Below, in pieces: positions 61,020-64,000 of a DNA stretch of 64,000 nt (position 1 is its first letter; every line of letters starts with the position of its first letter). The translations under genes and the position numbers were made by a program. The notes beneath the pieces are model-generated. The model was given only the letters and a program-made list of their open reading frames with translations, was not told where the DNA came from and made no database searches. The stretch is from the NCBI GenBank assembly GCA_050250895.1, contig JBFWNU010000002.1, forward strand, positions 920,709 to 984,708, read 5' to 3'. This stretch comes from Vulcanimicrobiota bacterium (GTDB lineage: Bacteria > Vulcanimicrobiota > Xenobia > Xenobiales > JADMJV01).

Positions 61020-61523
61020 CTAGCCCGGGCAGCGCCTTACGCGGTAATAGCGCAACGACTCCAGTTCGATAAGGTGGGAACACTCAAAATCTTGGAAGTG
61101 GAAAACGAACTTGGGAGCCATGTCGCCCGGCAGTTGGGCCGAACTGACGCGAGCCAGGCCTGGGGGACCACCATTCTCGGTGTCATAGACCAGCAGCGGC
61201 TCGCCGCGAAACTCTTGGAACAGGACCTTACCGTTGGGAAGCGAGACGACCAGGCTGCCATCGACCTTCTCTTCTTGCATGACGCCGCTGACCGGGTTTT
61301 CGACCCGCACCGTACCATTCTCGTATCGTCTAAGAATTCTGCCGTCATCAAGAGTCAGTTCTTCGTAGTCGTTAAATAGATCGATGGTCCCGCCGGGAAT
61401 GTTGTCCAGCGGCTCATCGCTCCAGTCTTCTTGGCCAGGGGTTCCGCCACCACCGCCTCCGCGGCCCATCGGATGACCGGGCGGGGCACCGGCCGGATTC
61501 ACGCCAGAAGCGGCTGCTTCCAT
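61020..61523 (-). CDS. hypothetical protein
   Basis: Beta-hairpin-like repeats (DDGRI, ENGTV, VDGSL, PNGKV); may start at CTG 61571. Confidence 0.65.
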   Translation of the reverse strand: MEAAASGVNPAGAPPGHPMGRGGGGGGTPGQEDWSDEPLDNIPGGTIDLFNDYEELTLDDGRILRRYENGTVRVENPVSGVMQEEKVDGSLVVSLPNGKVLFQEFRGEPLLVYDTENGGPPGLARVSSAQLPGDMAPKFVFHFQDFECSHLIELESLRYYRVRRCPG

Positions 61524-61832
61524 CGCACCCAGCAGGTTGACGAAATCCTGGACCAGTCTCTCCTTGTTCAGATTGTCCCCACCTGTCGCATGTGGATTGG
61601 GTCAGACTTCAAGTCATACCTATTCTCCCACCCGGGGAGAGGATCGTCTAGTTGTCTGATGTTAAAAAAACGTTACCGGCTCATTATCGGATTTTTACAT
61701 TTTCTCCGTTCTGAGCAGAAAGGTCCTCCCGAGACACCGACCGAGTCGAGATTGCTGCGGGGTGAAACCATGACAGGTGCACTCCGCAACCCTATTAAAG
61801 CGCAACGGAGAAGGGAAGGCTACAGCGGCTTA

Positions 61833-62615
61833 TTACTCGCAAGTTACGTTTGTTTCCGGGTTGTTAACTTCTGGCTCGATTCGAGGCCAGCCCCGGCGCG
61901 GCCGACCCCACCGGATGATGGCCAGTCCCATCACGACCAGGACCACACAAAAGGCCTGGGAGGTGTACATCAAGAGGTGGGGATCGTAGTCGCGGAAGAA
62001 GTCCATGCTAGCTCGGGAGAGGCCGTAGGTTACCAGGGCCGGCCCGGTGGTCGGCCAGTCAGTTCGCTGCTCGAGTTGCAGCACCACCGCCGCTGACAAG
62101 AATAGGGCCAGGGAAAGGTACAGCATCACGGGATGGCGTGGTTGCTCTGCGTCGACCACGAAGCCCCACGGCATGGTCGTCACCGTTCCGGTTTCCCCGT
62201 ACCAACTGAGCAAGCAGCCGAGGCGTCCGATGCCCCACCCCACCAGGGCGGTGGGGGCCAGAGCGTCAGAAAGTGGTCCAACCGGTAGGCCACGGTAGCG
62301 CAGAAAAGCGAGCCAGGCCAGCACTGCTCCTACCAACCCGCCGTACGAGACCAGGCCGCCGTTCCAAAGCGAAAAGGCTTCGCGAGGGTCGCTCCACAGG
62401 ACCGGGTTTTGGAGCACATAGAGCAAACGGGCTCCCAAGAGAGCCCCCACGACCATGAAAGGCAAGACGTCCTCGAGGTGGCGGTGATAGCGAGGCGGGA
62501 CGCGGCGGCGGGTAAAGAGATACGCCACCACCGCCGCTAACAAGAAGGCTACGCCGTGGCTTGAAATGAGGAAGGGGCCGAACAGGGGGACGATGTCCGG
62601 CGGGTGGAAAACCAC
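61833..62615 (-). CDS. lgt: prolipoprotein diacylglyceryl transferase
   Basis: LGARLLYV, WNGGLVSYGG, GIGRLGC, RHPVMLY and DFFRD motifs; GTG overlaps the upstream TAG. Confidence 0.85.
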   Translation of the reverse strand: MVFHPPDIVPLFGPFLISSHGVAFLLAAVVAYLFTRRRVPPRYHRHLEDVLPFMVVGALLGARLLYVLQNPVLWSDPREAFSLWNGGLVSYGGLVGAVLAWLAFLRYRGLPVGPLSDALAPTALVGWGIGRLGCLLSWYGETGTVTTMPWGFVVDAEQPRHPVMLYLSLALFLSAAVVLQLEQRTDWPTTGPALVTYGLSRASMDFFRDYDPHLLMYTSQAFCVVLVVMGLAIIRWGRPRRGWPRIEPEVNNPETNVTCE

Positions 62616-63709
62616 TACTGTTCCCAGAGCAGTTCGAGGGCCCCGTGGTTGAGGTGGTCGAGACCCAGGCCTGGCCTTTCGGAAGGCACGCGCCATTCGC
62701 CGTCGACGCTGGCGCCTTCGTCCGAGAGCGGGTCGACCACCAGCAGATCGGCGTCGAGATCCGCGTATTCGAATCCCCAGGCCGAGGCCAGGGCAGTGGC
62801 CGCCGAGACCGCCAGTCTCGACTCACCCACCATGCCGCCCACCATGAGTTGGGCCCCGAAGGCCCTGGCGATCGATTGGATGCGCCGGGCCGGCAACAGG
62901 CCGCCGCTCTTCATCAACTTGATATTGAGAATGTCGACCGCGCCGGCTCGCAGCAGGCGCAAGGCATCCTCGGGCGAGTGCACGCTTTCGTCGGCCGCCA
63001 CCGGAATCGATTGCTGATGGCGCAGATAGGCGAACCCGTCGAGGTTCTCCTTGGCCACGGGTTGCTCGACCAGCTCGATGTCAAGCTCTTCCATGGCCTG
63101 GAGGGCCTTCAGCGCGGCCGGCACGGTCCAACCCTCGTTGGCATCGATACGCAGCCGCACCTGAGGGCCGATAGCCCGGCGCACGGCTCTCACCCGGGCC
63201 ACGTCTTCGTGAGGATCCTCGCCGACCTTGAGCTTGATCGCATTGTAGCCATGGCGCACCAGTTCCTGGGCTTCATCGGCGGCTGCCTGCGAAGTGGTGA
63301 TGCCGATGCTATAGTTGGTGCGTACCGGTCGGGCCGGACCCCCGAGGAACTGGCACAGAGTGATCTGGCTGGCCCGACTCAAGAGGTCATGAATGGCGAT
63401 GTCCACCGCGGCCACCGCGCTCGACGACCGCACACTGGCAAAAACTTCTCGGTGCAGGCTCTCGAGTTGCCACAGGTCGCGCTCGAAGAGGGGAGGCAGC
63501 AGGTGCTCGCGCAACACCTGCAAGACCCCGTCCATCGTCTCACCGGTGAGGCGACGGTCGGGCACCGCTTCACCCCAACCCACCAGACCGTTGTCGGCGG
63601 TCAGCTTGAGGATCAGACCATGACATGCGTCGCACACGTCGGTCGCGATGACAAAGGGTTTCTTACATTGCAGAGAGCTACGATAGAGCTGGCAGCTGGC
63701 GAGCTTCAT
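62615..63709 (-). CDS. L-Ala-D/L-Glu epimerase-like (enolase superfamily)
   Basis: GWGEA, IKLKVG, RIDANEGW, VEQP, ADES, NIKLMKSGG and DLD motifs. Confidence 0.9.
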   Translation of the reverse strand: MKLASCQLYRSSLQCKKPFVIATDVCDACHGLILKLTADNGLVGWGEAVPDRRLTGETMDGVLQVLREHLLPPLFERDLWQLESLHREVFASVRSSSAVAAVDIAIHDLLSRASQITLCQFLGGPARPVRTNYSIGITTSQAAADEAQELVRHGYNAIKLKVGEDPHEDVARVRAVRRAIGPQVRLRIDANEGWTVPAALKALQAMEELDIELVEQPVAKENLDGFAYLRHQQSIPVAADESVHSPEDALRLLRAGAVDILNIKLMKSGGLLPARRIQSIARAFGAQLMVGGMVGESRLAVSAATALASAWGFEYADLDADLLVVDPLSDEGASVDGEWRVPSERPGLGLDHLNHGALELLWEQ

Positions 63710-63731
63710 ACCTGCGGCTTTCGCCGAGATG

Positions 63732-64000
63732 AGGAGCGGCCCTGCGGGCCGAGAGGGGAGCTCTCGCTGCGCTCGCGAGAAGGGAGCGAACTGAGCTGTC
63801 GCTCAGTTCGGGATAAGGAGCGGCCCTGCGGGCCGAGAGAGGAGCTCTCGCTGCGCTCGCGAGAAGGGAGCGAACCGAGCTGTCGCTCAGTTCGGGATAA
63901 GGAGCGGCCCTGCGGGCCGAGAGGGAGCTCTCGCTGCGCTCGAGGGAAGGGAGCGAACTGAGCTGTCGCTCAGTTCGGGATAAGGAGCGGCCCTGCGGGC
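63732..64000. repeat. 84-bp palindromic tandem repeat array (REP/BIME-like), runs off window end
   Basis: AGGAGCGGCCC recurs at 63732, 63816, 63900 and 63983; units contain a CGAACTGAGC/GCTCAGTTCG hairpin and a CGGCCC/GGGCCG hairpin. Confidence 0.9.

Noticed and set aside
63732-64000. CRISPR array
   Set aside because: Units are contiguous near-identical 84-mers with no unique spacers, and there are no cas genes in the window.

Overview
GC-rich bacterial window of about 55 genes. The protein style suggests Candidatus Eremiobacterota/Xenobia, but that is inference only. I saw no rRNA, tRNA or CRISPR array. Housekeeping genes: panB(partial)-panE-panC-coaX, an AidB-like acyl-CoA dehydrogenase, yqeY with a ProX-type editing protein, prfC, ppc, rtcB, lgt, a dipeptide epimerase and a HugZ-like protein. 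Accessory content: a TROVE-like/vWA + ARPP-2-like gene pair preceded by an 80-nt rod-shaped RNA candidate; a gene-fragment zone with an HNH element (14-17 kb); an ABC-HlyD-TolC-M23 operon whose ATPase motifs are degenerate; a c-di-GMP cluster containing a GNAT-carbamate kinase fusion; a MoxR-type AAA + TraB-like pair; a MerR-like gene followed by a structured RNA and terminator; and an 84-bp REP-like tandem array at the right edge. Best candidates for new biology: (1) the RNA + TROVE-like + ARPP-2 module; (2) dispersed proteins without signal peptides that share Ser/Pro-rich N-terminal leaders, a C-terminal motif and an 11-bp-periodic upstream box, including harpin-like repeat proteins, together suggesting a co-regulated non-Sec export system. 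All family calls come from motif recognition by eye; no searches were run.
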